Origin: the human T2T-CHM13v2.0 reference genome, Homo sapiens
Assembly (NCBI RefSeq): GCF_009914755.1
Contig: NC_060934.1
Length of the DNA stretch: 64,000 nt
Strand: one strand, 5' to 3'
Shown: in pieces, positions 26,832 to 43,443 of the stretch
Numbering within the stretch: position 1 is the first letter of the stretch
Layout: each line of letters begins with the position of its first letter
Made by a program: the position numbers and the translations under genes
The notes under the pieces: generated by a model
The model's input: only the letters and a program-made list of their open reading frames with translations
What the model was told of the DNA's origin: nothing
Databases searched by the model: none

Positions 26832-29143
26832 TAAAAGTACAGTTTTTATTATTTATTTTTATTATCTTTTACTACCTATTTTATTCATATTTATTGTTAT
26901 TTGTTTTTAACCACTTGTTACCTTATGGCTAACAAGTTTCTCCCCTTGACCTCCTTAACATTAACTAAGCTGAGAAATAATAAGAATGCTGCCAAGACAT
27001 GGTGTTTGAGAGATGGGTCTAGAATCAGACTGACAGAGTTTGAATCTCAGGTCTGCCACTGTGCATGAGATCTTAAGCAAGCTACGTTAACTCTGTGCCT
27101 CAGTTGGCACTTCCATAAAGTGGGGATAATGGTACCTGCTTCTTAGGGTAGCCTGATAATTCAATGAGATAATGCTTGTGCCTAGAAAGTAAACATTTAG
27201 TAAGTGATAGTGTCTATTATTAATTACAGTTTAGCATATTACTGTTAGACAGTAGCCCTTGAATGAATCATTCTTCTCAAGTTCTCTTTAAGTACCTAAA
27301 CAGGCAAAACTGTTAAACTCCTATTCATCCTTTGAGATTCAATCTCACCTCCTCTGTTATCCAATCTGACTTCCTTAGACAGAATGTATTTCCGACTTGT
27401 CCGTAACATGTTGCCAGTGACCACACTGTATCATGGTTGTTTACATGCAATACGCTATAGTCAGTGATGCTTTCCTAGAAGGTAGGGGACGGCCTTATTC
27501 ATCCTGGATTCCAGTGCCTCACACTCTCCGACACTAATTAGTTCTCAAAAAATACTGACTTGACTATACTTAAAGCAGAAGCTTTCTGGGAAGAATGAAA
27601 GTTCACTTTGTCCAAATGACAATTACAACAAGAAAAACATACATAATAAGTCTACTTCTCCCGGCAAATAATTTTAAAAATAAAATCCCAAAGTTGGGTG
27701 CTTGCAACTTGTCTCCCTATGGAGAACATCTCCCTTTCCCAGAAAGTTTATGTTCAAGACAACTGTCTTTTAGAAACTTGAGAAATCATATGAGAACTAT
27801 GTCTTATTAATGCTTTTTCTTTTGTTTTTTTTTTTTTTGCTTATAATTAGGGAAGCAAGTCAAGTTGTTGGAAGGCAAGAAAAACTTGGCACAGGACGTG
27901 CAGGGTTTTAGAATGGGATGATCTGTTGGGATGGCCACCGTTTCTACAGCATACTGGAGGTTTGCCCTCACTAAACTCAAATTCGAGTAATTTGGGAAAA
28001 TTTGGGCATATGCAATGGTAAATGGATTTTTTGTGTTCTGTAAGCTTCTAAAATTTGAGTTCAAGCTGCATTTTCTGAGCTCATTAAGGTCCCCTTCAAT
28101 TCTGCCCGAAGTTGAATTATATGAGAAAGGAAATTTAACACAAATCTGAGAAATTAACTTATCAATGACATGAACATTATATCATAGAAAGCTTGTATGG
28201 GAATTAAATAATGCATATGGCTGTATGTTTAAATGATGGCAGGCATTATTCTTGCACCTTGTTTCCTGATTAAGACATGATCTCAGGTCAATTATTCTCT
28301 TTCCAGCTAAGAAAAACAATAAGGGGGAAAGACTGGAAATACTAACGAAATGTTGGTATAGAAAAGATATTGGAGCTTTTGTAAACTTCTCATTTGACAA
28401 ACAAGGCCCAGAGAAGTGCAGAGACTTGTCTGAGGTCACACAGTGACTTTTTCCAAAGCTAGTGCTACAATTGCCTCAGCAATTTTCTGACATTTATGAT
28501 AGACTGGATTCTGCATTTCACCAGTCAGCTACGTGAGGAGAGTCTACCTTCATCACCCTCCAACATCTTTGATTCCAGCCCATGTATAACCAGAGAGTCC
28601 AGATCAAAGCAAATCACAAGTGAAAAGTAGAAAATGTGGCAGGTCAGGGCCACAAGGCAGAGAATTTGACAAGTGGACTTCGACTGAACACAGAAACATG
28701 TTAGTCACAGATGATCAGTCAGCAAGGTGGAGTGAGGAGAGAGTACAGGATCTGAACCAGATGGAACCAGTTTGAGATCCTGGCTCTTACCACTATTAAC
28801 TCTGCAGCCTTGGACAAAGCACCTGACCTCAGATGCCACCTCATCTGGAGAACAGAGAGAGTAATATCTGTCTTGTGGGGGGTTGAAAGGACTTTATTCA
28901 TAGCTAAAGTTCAGTGCCTTCTATACACACTTATTTTTAATCTCATAAAACTTTATGAGGTGGAATATTCATACCACTATTTTCTTATTCAAAAATACAG
29001 AAACCCAGAGAGGTTAAGATAGCTGTCCAACGTTACACACGTACTAAGAGGTGACCAAGGATTTTTATGGAGATTTGTTTGGCTCCAATGCCCACGGCCT
29101 TAGCCACTGCAATATTGCAGGACTGGTAAAAATGTAAGCCAAG

Positions 29144-29443
29144 AGGCCAGGCATGGTGGCTCACACCCGTAATCCCAGCACTTTGGGAGGCCAAGGCAGG
29201 CAGATCACCTGAGGTCAGGAGTTGGAGATCAGCTTGGCCAACATGGCAAAACCCTGCCTCTACTAAAAATGCAAAAATTAGCTGGGCGTGGTGGTTCGCA
29301 CCTGTAGTCTCAGCTACTCAGGAGGCTGAAGCACAAGAGTCGCTTGAACCTGGCAGGCAGAGGTTGCAGTGAACCGAGATCGTGCCACTAAACTCCAGCC
29401 TGGGTCTCAAAAAAAAAACAAAACAAAACAAGCAAACAAAAAA
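29144..29443 (+). mobile_element. AluS
   Basis: Alu dimer with a small 3' deletion; TSD gtaagccaaga. Confidence 0.9.
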
Positions 29444-29777
29444 AGTAAGCCAAGAGCCCAGCATGCTGCCTGACACTCAATAAATAGTGCCTAGTTCAGT
29501 GAAGCAGCAGATTCAGAAAGATGGCCACTTCCTTGCAGCCCAGCCATGAAGAGGGATGGAGTGGCTCAGTTAGATGAGAGGAAACAAATAGCCCTTAAGA
29601 GATGGAAAGCCCAGAGAAGCTGAGGCAGACACACAGACACATGAGCAGCAGGGTGTTGGCTCGCCTGGCAGCACTCCTGAGGGTCCATCTGATCACCCAC
29701 CCGCCCCAGGTCAGAAAGCAGGTTTCAGACCTGTCAGGAGCCACTGTGTTTCTCTTCTCTTCAATGGAACCTCCCTT

Positions 29778-30102
<325 letters not shown>

Positions 30103-30572
30103 CACTTGCTTTCTTTTTAGGTCAACATCTGTTCAGTTTTGGCTTTCCCAAGCCATTGATGGCCATGCCTCAAATGTTTGAAGTAAATGTTCTGGCCCTA
30201 AAAAGAACAATTTTTCTACATATGAACAAACATGACTTCTTAATCCTCCACTATCAGGACTCTTGAAGGTTAAAGTTTCTAGCTGCCATATTCTTGCCCT
30301 AAACAGATCATACATTGCCCCTGAGATGACATGAATTTATTCAGTTATGGGCACTGAACATTACGAAATATTCTGGAATTGAAATAATCAAAATGTTATC
30401 AACCTTCTCCCTGCCAAGTCTTCCAGCCCTCTCCATGAATCACAGTTGTGATGCACTTTTACAAAGCCGGATGAAATGCCCGGAGCCCTGGCTGGGGATC
30501 AGCTGTGCGAGGCTTCCTCAGAGAGCCCCAACGCAGCGGTGCCAGCAGACACTTGTCCTTTGAGTGGTGCGA

Positions 30573-30626
30573 GGATGCAGAAATGGGTGCAGGATGCAGA
30601 AACGGGTGCAGGATGCAGAAATGGGA
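30573..30626. repeat. 19-bp tandem repeat, about 3 copies (GGATGCAGAAAYGGGTGCA)
   Basis: ggatgcagaaatgggtgca ggatgcagaaacgggtgca ggatgcagaaatggg. Confidence 0.9.
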
Positions 30627-31111
30627 CTAGGGGGGCTTGTTTGTGTTTTTTGACCTGCAGAACTCAGATATCCAAATGAGTGTCATTCCCATTTGGAGTT
30701 GGTGAATGGAGGGGAGTGGGGAAATCTCTGGACTTTTTTGAGTATTCAAAGGCATTTGGCAAAACCTTTTAAACTGCCTACTTGGCCTGCAACACACACT
30801 CCTTGGTATAAATTCACTGGTGGCAATGTCTTTATGTTTTTAGGTGCAGATCTGATTTCTGAAACAAGCTGATTGTTCTTTGGAGTCAAGTTTAGCTGAA
30901 AATAGATGGTTAGGCTGGAGAATAGAATTTCAAGTTTAAATGACAGACTATGACCACCTTTAGAGCAGAAATGATATCTCTAGCATTTTCCACAGAGCTT
31001 GGAACAAAGTAAGTGCTTAATGACAATTTTTTTCCATAGGGCAGATGAGGTATGACTTTAAGGTGTTGCTCTTCTATTCTTCACAAAGTCATTACTTAGA
31101 AGGTGATACTT

Positions 31112-31472
<361 letters not shown>

Positions 31473-33087
31473 TTATAGACCCCGTTTTAGGTTAGCACAT
31501 GGTGTCTTGCACATGGTAGGAATTAAATACATATTTGCACAATTAAAGTTTACAGAGGAAAACAAAAATCCAATCATATTTCCTGAGTTACAGAGCAACA
31601 CTTTGGAAAGCAGGTATTGAGACAATCCTTCTTTCTGTCTTATCCAGACACACAGAATCTAATGTGGCAAGGGTGGAAACCAGTCTTTTGGAAACATAGA
31701 AAGACAGAGCAAAAAGAAAAATGTTAGAATGCTGATTATAATAGAGCACATACGTTTATGGAAATAATAGTTTATATTTTGAAGTTGTTTGGGGAGGTTT
31801 CTCATCATCGCTGATCTTAGCTGTAGACTTAATGTCTTGATTGCTAACAATATACCATCCTCCAATCCACCTGTCCTCAGCATTTGCATGGTTTACACTA
31901 TTCTAAAAATGAAGTTACTAAAAGTAGTAGAAGTCAGATATCGCCTCTACAGTTTAAATTCATGTTTCCCATCAAAAACCATATTTGGAGGCTCTGGATT
32001 TAAATTGGAAACAAATGAGAGATAATTAGGACGATTCAGGAAAAATTCAAAGAAGGAATTTATAAATTTGTTAAAATAACAGTCACTGTCACTATACTTG
32101 GCTTCTTATATACACTGAGTAAACCCCACCACGTTGTAAAAGAGACTATGATTCTCATTTTACAAATGAGCAAACTGAGGCTCAGAGTGGTTGAGTACTT
32201 TCTTAGGATCACACAGCTTGTATGTGGTCCAAGCCAGGGCTCAACAACAAGACCACATCTGCCTCCTTCCAGTTCCCTGTCATGCTTCCCTTACACATTT
32301 TATTTAGAAGCCTGGTGCACATGTTCAAGAATTGAACATACATAACCAAAGCAGAAAGCTATATTAGTCTGTGGTCTTGAAGAAGGATTGGAGTGTCAGG
32401 TTTTAACCCTGCTCAAGAGAACCAAGCGGGGCATTGGCCTTTCTGGGCTTCAGGGTCCCCCTTTTCTAGACAGAAAACATAGTGACCTACTTTGAAGGAC
32501 TCTCAGAAGCACCCAGCATAAAGAAGGCTGCAAAGACAAAGAAAGCCTCTGGCTAAAAAACAAGGAAGGAATGAATCCATGGAACAAGACAGGTGCCCTC
32601 TCTGATCCAAACCTATAACAAGGGGGAAAAAAACAAAAGTGCCCAGGTCTCTTGTCCAACTACTCCTCCCCCCAATCCCCTACATATACTTTTCATATGT
32701 GAAAATTCTCTTTGAAATCACTGGAATTCTATTTGGAGAGAAAATACAAGGAGACAGGTCAAGCTGCAGCCACAGGTCTTGGTCAAGTAGTTTAAATATC
32801 GTTAATCCTTTGCTTCTCCTCCTGCCTTTATTTAACCAAAAGAAAATGAGAGGAGTAGAAATCTAATTCATTGGTCTCTCTTTATAATCAGCCTTATAAA
32901 AAGCAGAGAGATGCTGCAGGGAATAGGAAATAGGCTTTATGAGTCTAAGTGAATTTTAGCCTACTATGTTCTCCCTCTATCAGAAGCACATAAACTTTAG
33001 AGTCACACTAAACTTTCCTCCAAAATCAACGTCTTAAAATGCTACATTAAAAAACAAAACAAAACAAACAAAAAAAAAAACACTTAC

Positions 33088-33190
33088 TGTCCAGGGGTTC
33101 AATAAGCGAAGTCCAAAGTCAAGGGAATGATCTCTCTCTTTTATGAAAAACACCATATGGTCTTGGTGGATCAGGAGGCTCACTGGTCTG
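33088..33190 (-). other. MRLN: Probable MRLN first exon (5' end uncertain, about 33112 to 33190)
   Basis: Strong donor ACA|GTAAGTG at 33088/33087 in unique sequence, directly below muscle promoter motifs. Confidence 0.65.
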
Positions 33191-33281
33191 TTATTAATAA
33201 CTGGCTTAGAGCTTTATGAAGAAACATGAGCCAGAATGTCACGGGAGGAGGCAAGTGGAAAGAAATTGACAGGCACAGGTG
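33139..33281 (-). promoter_or_regulatory. MRLN: Muscle-type promoter: TATA-like CATAAAA (33139-33145), E-box CATATG (33154-33159), MEF2 site TTATTAATAA (33191-33200), MyoD-type E-box CAGGTG (33276-33281)
   Basis: Motifs read directly; the MEF2 site matches YTA(W)4TAR. MRLN is known to be regulated by MEF2 and MyoD. Confidence 0.6.
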
Positions 33282-33425
33282 GAACAAATTATAACAAAGA
33301 TATACTTATGCCCACACAGGAGCTCAAAGAACCCATGAGAAGGAGATCAGTTCCTCCACAATCAATAGACCCTTATGTCAAGTTTTTGAAGAGTTAAACA
33401 ACCAACAAAATATCCTGAATGTCGG

Positions 33426-33620
33426 CAGGGAACATCACACACCAGGGCCTGTCGGGGAGGGGGTGGGAGCCGGGGGGAGGGATAGCATTAGGAGAAATAC
33501 CTAATGTAAGTCAGAAGTTGATGGGTGCAGCAAACCAACATGGCATATGTATACCTATGTAACAAACCTGCATGTTGTGCACATGTACCCTAGAACTTGA
33601 AGTATAATAATAATACAAAA
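33426..33620 (+). mobile_element. Short L1PA (about PA7/8) 3' end
   Basis: gggaacatcacacaccagggcctgtc...gggatagcattaggagaaatacctaatgt...agaacttgaagtataataa; degenerate TSD ..gaatgtc. Confidence 0.88.
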
Positions 33621-34152
33621 AATCAGGAATGTCAAAAAGACACCATGACTCATTTAATGTTATACTATCCTTTGCTCTTCTGAACAATTATTTTCCATGG
33701 ACATCTGAATATCTTCTTAAATTTATACATTTTACCTTGTTTATATTGACTCCTCAATTTTAAAAATCTATCAACAAATGGATTTTGAAATGCATGTTAT
33801 CAACTTTTTAAAGTTTGTTTACCTGTGAGCATATCAGCTGGCTTCCCTTAGAGATCCCAAAACAATTCCTGGAAACATATAGGTACATGTGGGGGTTGGA
33901 GGCTGGATCTTGGGATTGTATCATACATAAATTCATGTGGTAAGAATGGAGGTGTAATCATCACTTTACTTCTGGTTGGCAGTGGCTCTCCTCTTTTGGA
34001 AACTTATATTTCAAAACATTCCAAATTCTGTGCCTTCCCTCCTCCCCCATAAATGGCATCAAATTGTTTATAATATTAACAGTATGTCTTTATACCTAAT
34101 TACATTAAACACTGGTTCTGTCTGAAGTATTAAAAGAAACTGACAATTATGT

Positions 34153-34450
34153 GGCTGGGAGTGGTGGCTCATGCCTGTAATACCAGCACTTTGGAAGGCC
34201 AAAGCAGGCAGATGGCTTGAGCTCCGAAGTTCGAGACCAGCCTGGGCAGCATGGTGAAACCCAGTATCTACAAAAAAAATACAGAAAAGTAGCCAGGTAT
34301 GGTGGCACATGCCTGCAGTCCCAGCTACTCAGGAGGCTGAGGTAGAAGGATCACTTGAACCCTGGAGACAGAGGTTGCAGTGAGCCAAGATCATGCCATG
34401 GCACTACAGCCTAGGTAACAGAGCAAGACTCTGTCTCAAAAAATAAAAAA
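34153..34450 (+). mobile_element. Alu
   Basis: Full dimer; TSD aaactgacaatta. Confidence 0.9.
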
Positions 34451-34504
34451 GAAAACTGACAATTAGAGAAAAGTTACTGAAATACATAAAGATTGTTAAA
34501 TTGC

Positions 34505-34797
34505 TTCTTTTTTTCTTTTTCAATAGAGATAGGGACTCACTCTGTCACCCAGGCTGAAGTGCAGTATCATGATCATAGCCCACTGCAGCTTTGAACTCCT
34601 GAGTTTAAGCAATCCTCCCACCTTGGCCTCTTGAGTAGCTGGGACCATAGGCACGCGCCACTGCACTCAGCTAAATTTTCTTTTTTTTTTTTTGTAGAGA
34701 TGAGGTCTTGCCTGGTCTTGAATCCTGGACTCAAGTGACCCTTTGCCTCTGTCTCCCAATGTGATGGAATTACAGCCGTGAGCCACTGCACCCAGCC
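34505..34797 (-). mobile_element. AluJ
   Basis: T tail and J-type body. Confidence 0.88.
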
Positions 34798-35318
34798 AAC
34801 TGCTTCATTCTTAAGGTTCCAGCTACTTCTCACCCTGGCTCAGATCTAGTAACTGCTCTTTTGTCAAACTAAACCTTTTTCAGCTAAACGCTGTGGTCGG
34901 TGGGGTGGATACCTCACTACAAACCTCACCCAGTGGAATGTTATTCTACTGAGGCAACTGTGAAAAAGAGAAACTGATATGCTAGTGACGCTCAGTTTAA
35001 TAGATGGGAGAGAAGGAGTGGAATAGGTATATGGCCTTTCTTTTTTTTCCATTCTCTGGTCAATTAAAAAATTTTGAGTACCCACTGAATATATGTATTT
35101 TTATTTATAGAACATATGCATATACTATTGTAAATATATCATTTAAATCATAAAATATAAACACAATTTTTAAAAGAAGAAATGTAAAAATAAATAGACA
35201 TTCTAATATTTTCTTACCACACTTCCAATGGGTCATCTTTACTGGTCCCTGGGGCATGGACACTCCACTCTGCAGCTGACTGATGAGTGTTCAGAACACC
35301 AGGCCCACCACTTATTAG

Positions 35319-35741
35319 CTGTTGTGGGTTGAACTGCATCCCCTAGAGACATTTTCAAGCCCAAGTCCTCAGTACCTGTGAATGTGACCCTATTTGGAAA
35401 TAGGGCCTTGCTGATATAATCAAAATGAGATCATGCTGGATTAGGGTGGGCCCTAATCCAATGACCTGAGTCCTTGTGAGAAGTGGGAAATGGGGACATA
35501 GTCAGGCACATAGGGAGACATCATGTGACAAAGGAAATAGATATTGGAGTGACGTGTCCACAAGCCAAGGAATACCAAGGACTGTGGGCAACCACCAGAG
35601 AAGCAAGGAAGAGGCAAAGAAAGACCCTCCCCCAGAGCCTTCAGAGGGGCCATGGTCCTGCCGATACCTTAATCTTGGTCTTCTGGTCTCCATAAATGAC
35701 ACAATAAATTTCTGTTGTTTTAAGCCACCCTGTTGGTGGTA
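35319..35741 (+). mobile_element. MLT1 (MaLR) LTR
   Basis: tgttgtgggttgaactg...gaatgtgaccctatttggaaataggg...ggattagggtgggccctaatccaatgac...aataaatttctgttgttttaagccacc. Confidence 0.85.
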
Positions 35742-38207
35742 GAATTGAGGTTCTAATACTTTAAAAAGTATTTTTATAAAAAATGAAAGCAAATGTTTTA
35801 AGAATTCAAATTCAAAAAATTTAGTTAACTCTTTTTTTTAAAAAAAAGACTACTTTAATATTTGTTTTTGATAGAAAGAGCTGTCTTCTGAGTTATCCAA
35901 GTTCAGCATAATGCAAGCATACATTTGTATTCTATTTGGGCTTATTCTTCCTGAATTTAGACAGCTCTACTGATTGAATAATGTTTATTCAATTATTATG
36001 TTTCCTATTATTCAAGCATTATGTTTCCTAGATGTTTAAGATGATGAAAACGGGAGATGTGTGTTTAACTAAATTAATTATTCTGACAAACTTCATTTCA
36101 ACAATAATTATGTTTTGTGGTATGTCAGCTTGAAGACAGTCTCTAAGATCTTTTAGTAACTTAAAACTTATGCTAGTTTAAGTTAATTAATGGATAGTCA
36201 TTAAATATCTAGATCATTTCTAATAAGATAAAGTATTAAAATATTAATCACTAAGCATAATTTTAAGGCTGTATGTATTTTGCCACATTGAGAAATTGTA
36301 CTATAAGGACATCTAAGCTATAAAACATTGTAAGGTGTATATTCATAAGCTTTGCTACAAAATTGTAGTGTCTGACTGCTCACAGGTATTTACCTCATAG
36401 CTATCTCTGTGAAATAGAAGTTAAAAAGTTATGATTAATATTCTGAGTGAGATTCTCTAGGAAAAATATTGCAGAGAAGAGTAACTTTGTACTCAGGATG
36501 TGTTTTTGTTAAGGTAAAGGAGCATAGTTTTGTCCTAAAGTAAAATGACTGGCTGTTCCAGAGTGAGGAAGAAGAATAGGTAGCACAAAACCTAAATGGA
36601 TGTAGAAACCTGTAGAAGGTGCACAGAAAGGGAATTTTATTTGCCATAGTCGAAACTGGCTAAGGTTTAGTGGCTTTATTTACAAGATTTTCTTAAAAGA
36701 GTCTTGATATCAAACATTATGCTGATACAAAATTAAAACTGCTTTTCTTTCTGTTAAATGACAAAATTTTCTTGAATCATTTATGTACTTTTTAAGAGGT
36801 TGTTAAGATTTTTCTTTACCTTCTGAGAAATCTGCCTAAAAGGCAATGATTCTATTTTATCAGAATAATTTTCTGTGCTTTACGTTCAGTTTTTCAGGTC
36901 GTTGATTACTTACAGGAACAAAGTCTTCTCACTCTTGAAAGAATTAAGGTTCTTTACAATCCTGTTACCTCCTATGTTTTCTTTAAAAATTTTCTGTCAC
37001 TTTGATTTTAAATTCACTGCTTTGTTTTAAATGCCACAGAAACAACCAAATTTCCTTGTCAATTGCATTATTTTTGTAACGAACTCATCAGATATTTCAT
37101 TTTTGAAAAATTATCATTAACAAGTTAACCATGGTCATTTTTGGTCTCTTGGCCTCTAGAGAAAGTTTTTGTTGTTGTTGTTTTACTTTGATTCTTCCTG
37201 GAAAGCACTTGCAAATCAGCTACAAACCAGAGTGCTTTGACATTAAAAACGATGGTCTCAGAGCCCCACGGGAAAGGACTATGCTGAGTACTCATGGGCA
37301 CAGGCTTATGATGGTATTGCTTAAATAACTTGGGGCCCATGCCATTGGACCATCCAGGATTTCCTGCATTCTCATTAAGAAGCTAACGGGTTCATGAGGC
37401 TACTAACCCAAGATGGAACAGAACAAGAATAAGCCTGAGCAAAATTATGAGGAATGATTTGGGTTTTGTTTGGAATGCTGCTAGTACTTTAACATTCTAT
37501 TTTCTGGACATGAGGGCTACTTTCTCTTTTAAGCTATTATCTAAAAAAATGTAGATTAATAAAAACAAAACATTTATCTTTTTCTTCCTGTTTCCTCCAG
37601 AATTCGGAAACTTTTATTGAATACTTTTATTTCCATGGCAATATAGTTATTCACATAGGTTCAGTAAGAATCTGTTCTCCTTATTAAGACGATGTAATTG
37701 GAAACATTGGTTATACAACAAAGCTTATTCTGAATAAGGCTTTGTTCAGAATGTCATATCTGAGAATGAATCAAGATATGGCCAGTAAGTCTTAAGGAAC
37801 TGAAGCTGACTTTACAGGGTTGTCTTATGGGGTTCTCAGCCTTACCGATGAATAAGGAAGTTCTCTTGCTAGTGGGCCAAGGAAACCGAGACTATTTGCG
37901 TGACCTCAAGAAGAGAGGAATTTACTCAAATCTATGATTAATATAGGTGAAATCTCATGGTGAATTCTTGGCTTGGCTTCTTAACTTCAAGAGGTTTGTG
38001 TTTGTTTATTTTTTAAATACTCTCTCTGAAGAATCAAGCCTCAAGAGGTTTTTAAAGGTCCATTTTGAACATCCTTATGAAATCTTCCACAAAGCAAACT
38101 TTGAAGAGCCAATATGTTAAATCGCCATTCTTGCTGCCTATGTTAAAATAATTAGGTTGAATTTAATGACATCAACTTTATTTTCTGACCAAGAATAATC
38201 CTTCGAG

Positions 38208-38850
<643 letters not shown>

Positions 38851-39678
38851 TTTGAGATTATCTTGCTCAAAAGGGAAGTATCTGTGGAGAGAATTTTTGT
38901 GTTTCAGTGGAAAACTATAGCACACCCTGGTGGGTTATCAGATTCTGGTCCTGTTCATTGTCTTCGAACTCTTTGTGTTTGAACCTCTTGTAAACTGCAG
39001 GTAACTGACAAATATGAAAAAACAGTTTCGTTACTGCCTGTAAATTGTACCAGATCTTGTCATCTTACACGCATTGCCAAACCTTATCAAATTTTAACTC
39101 TTGTTTTTCTCTAATATCTGCCTACAGCCTTCAAATTAACATTTCCAATTTTTATCTCTCCCTTCTGTCTTGGCATCACGAAGAACTGAATTCTGACAAT
39201 CCAGATTAAAATTTGTAAACCCAGATCTTTACTGGAACTCTAGGTTGCCTTGTAGCTGCCACTTCCCTCAGCACCTGAGGAAGCACTGCACCTTAAAGCC
39301 CAGATGACTTGATATGTACCTTGAAATACTCATCACTGAGGCAGACCATGCAGGGGCCAGTTTCTCCCTGGAAAAGGCACTCTTTGAGCCTCAAAGGAAG
39401 TGTAATAAAATGTTCAAGTCACAAATGCCTTTATATGAGAGGAAACCAAGACCGTGGACAACATTGCCAAGAACATTGACATCTTAGCTTCGGCAAACTC
39501 AATGAGCAGTGCTGTATGACCAAAAGCTTTTCATCCAACGACCTCTTGGAATCTGCTGGACCAGATACTCTCAAGATCCGACTCCTGGCTCCTAACTTTA
39601 TTATAACCTTTTATATTAATATTTCTCTTTTTCATTTCAGTCATCCCCCCTAGAAGATGATCAGCAAGATGCTAAAAC

Positions 39679-40189
39679 TGTTGGGAGCAAGCTCCCCAAA
39701 GTCTGGCCATAAACTGGCCCCAAAACTGGCTATAAATAAAATCTCTGCAGCAATGTCAGGTCCATAATGGCCATAACGCCCAAGCTGGAAGGTTGTGGGT
39801 TTACGGGAATGAGGGCAAGGAACACCTGGCCCGCCCAGGGTGGAAAACCGCTTAAAGGCATTCTTAAGCTACAAACAAAAGCCTGAGGGATCTGTGTCTT
39901 AAGGGCGTGTTCCTGCTGCAGTTAACTAGCCCAACCTATCCAATTAATTCGGCCCATCCCTTCCTTTCCCTTAAGGGAGGCTTTTAGTTAATTTAATATC
40001 TATAGAAACAATGCTAATGACTGGTTTGCTGTTAATAAATATGTGGGTAAATCTCTGTTTGAGGCTCTCAGCTCTGAAGGCTGTAAGATCCCTGATTTCC
40101 CACTTCACACCTCTATATTTCTGTGTGTGTGTCTTTAATTCCTCTAGCACTGCTGGGTTAGGGTCTCCCCGACCGAGCTGGTCTTGGCG
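39679..40189 (+). mobile_element. MER9 solo LTR (HML-3)
   Basis: tgttgggagcaagctccccaaagtctggccataaactggcc...gagctggtcttggcg; 6-bp TSD TAAAAC. Confidence 0.9.
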
Positions 40190-40390
40190 TAAAACAACTC
40201 ACCTTTGCTACCACCTCTCAACAGATGCTTCAGCTGCTTTTGCAGGAATAATGCAAACAAGAGTCTTCAGGGAATTATTTCTTAGACCCTGTTTCTCCCC
40301 CACTCAGGAGATTCACTATCACTTTTGAGTTGTTCATTGATAAATAATATTTATTAATCTTGAATCAAAGGGGATAATTATAATGTTGAG

Positions 40391-41145
<755 letters not shown>

Positions 41146-41645
41146 TGACAATGTCGAACTCTGCCTGAGCCCTGTGCTCCTAGAAGACCGCACTCAGGAA
41201 ATCCTTCTTCCCTTTGTCCTTCCAAACAGCTTACAGCAAAGAACCACTCTTCCCCACACGACTTAGACAAGACTCGTGAATGCCCCCTTGTTTACTTAGG
41301 ACAAGGCCAGACACAAACCCTCCAAGTTTTGTCTCATAAATGATTACCCAAATTGTTTGTCCCCACTCACCAATGTGGACAAAATACCCGCTAATAAGAC
41401 TTGACCAAACTTTAGCTAGGCTTCTTCCCTCCCCACAAGCTCCTGAACTTTGACTCACCTTTAACCTGAGCCAGCATTGGCATATGGAGCAGCCGCCCTT
41501 CATGATCACACATCCGAGGTCTCTCTTGAGACTCTTGCAGATCTTGTGGTCTGTGTGTTGTCCTCTTACAATAGTCCCCCCCTCCTACTGCAATAGTCTT
41601 GTCAAATAAAATCTGTGTTTCTAGGTCTTAATGTTTTTATTTGAC
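41146..41645 (+). mobile_element. ERV1 LTR (MER67/MER31-like)
   Basis: aatgtcgaactctgcctgagccctgtgctcct...cttgaccaaactttagctaggct...aataaa...tttatttgac. Confidence 0.55.
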
Positions 41646-41657
41646 TGGGATCGGTGA

Positions 41658-42066
<409 letters not shown>

Positions 42067-43042
42067 TGAAGATATAAGAAGGCTAAAGGACTTGCTGGCT
42101 ATCACCAGCACCAGTGGCAGTGCTGGGAATCTAGGTGCTATCTCTGATCTTGTAAAAAGTGTTCTTTGCAGCAGAAACATGCCCAGCCCTGCTAAATGTT
42201 TGTGGATGGTGAAAAAACATTCTCCAATGTTCTAGGAAAAGGAAATGGATCCAAGAATGAAAGAAAGTAAATGGAATATCCCGAGCTTCAGAGAGCCTTT
42301 TCCAGCCTGTGGAAATGAACAAGGACCACCCAAATGAGAACAAACAAAGTCTGTTTATTCAGAATCTGCCCTAGCGAGGGAGTCAGCCATCATCATTTGC
42401 ATCTGGTAGAGACACAAAGGCAGGTAGAGGAATGGGAATGCTTTATAGTAGGTGGGAATAAAAAGACTTCAGGCTATTGGTGTGGGGAAGCTGTGGGCAG
42501 CTAAGCAGCATCCTATGTAGTGGCTTAGGGTTGCATATTTGCTTTATCTTGTTGGTCCTAAACTGGAGGTCAATGCAAAAATTAGGAAAGCTGTCAGTTA
42601 TTAATCAAGTTATGGCTGTTTTGTGCAGATTACTACAGGAGTTATTATTTGGCCTCCTACATTAGTTGACTTCCAGGATTGGTTACTATTGCCAGTAGGT
42701 TGGCTTCAAGGGCTGCTTGCAGCAGGTTTGGAGCAGGTTCTCAGTTCGAGTTCTACTTTTATTTATAGTGTGGCCACTGTCTGTTTGTATATTCAGTCTC
42801 TTGACTCTTTACAGGGATCCTGCATTTAGAAATGCCTTTCAGACTTCATACTCAGCCCCAGGACTGGTGGTGAGAGGCTTTCCACTTCCTGTATGCAGTG
42901 TCTGGGTTTGCCTCAACTACATTCCCTGCCCCCCATCACACTCTTTTTTTCACAAACAGGTGAAAATCAAGGCCTTCAGTATTATCTCCAGGTTCCCAAG
43001 ACTCTCAGACTGATGCACTCCTGCTTGCCCTCCCCTCAATGC

Positions 43043-43443
<401 letters not shown>

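Noticed and set aside
42310-42790. LTR-like segment (tttattcagaatctgcc...gagtcagccatcatc)
   Set aside because: It looks like an old ERVL-type LTR, but I could not assign a family or boundaries with confidence
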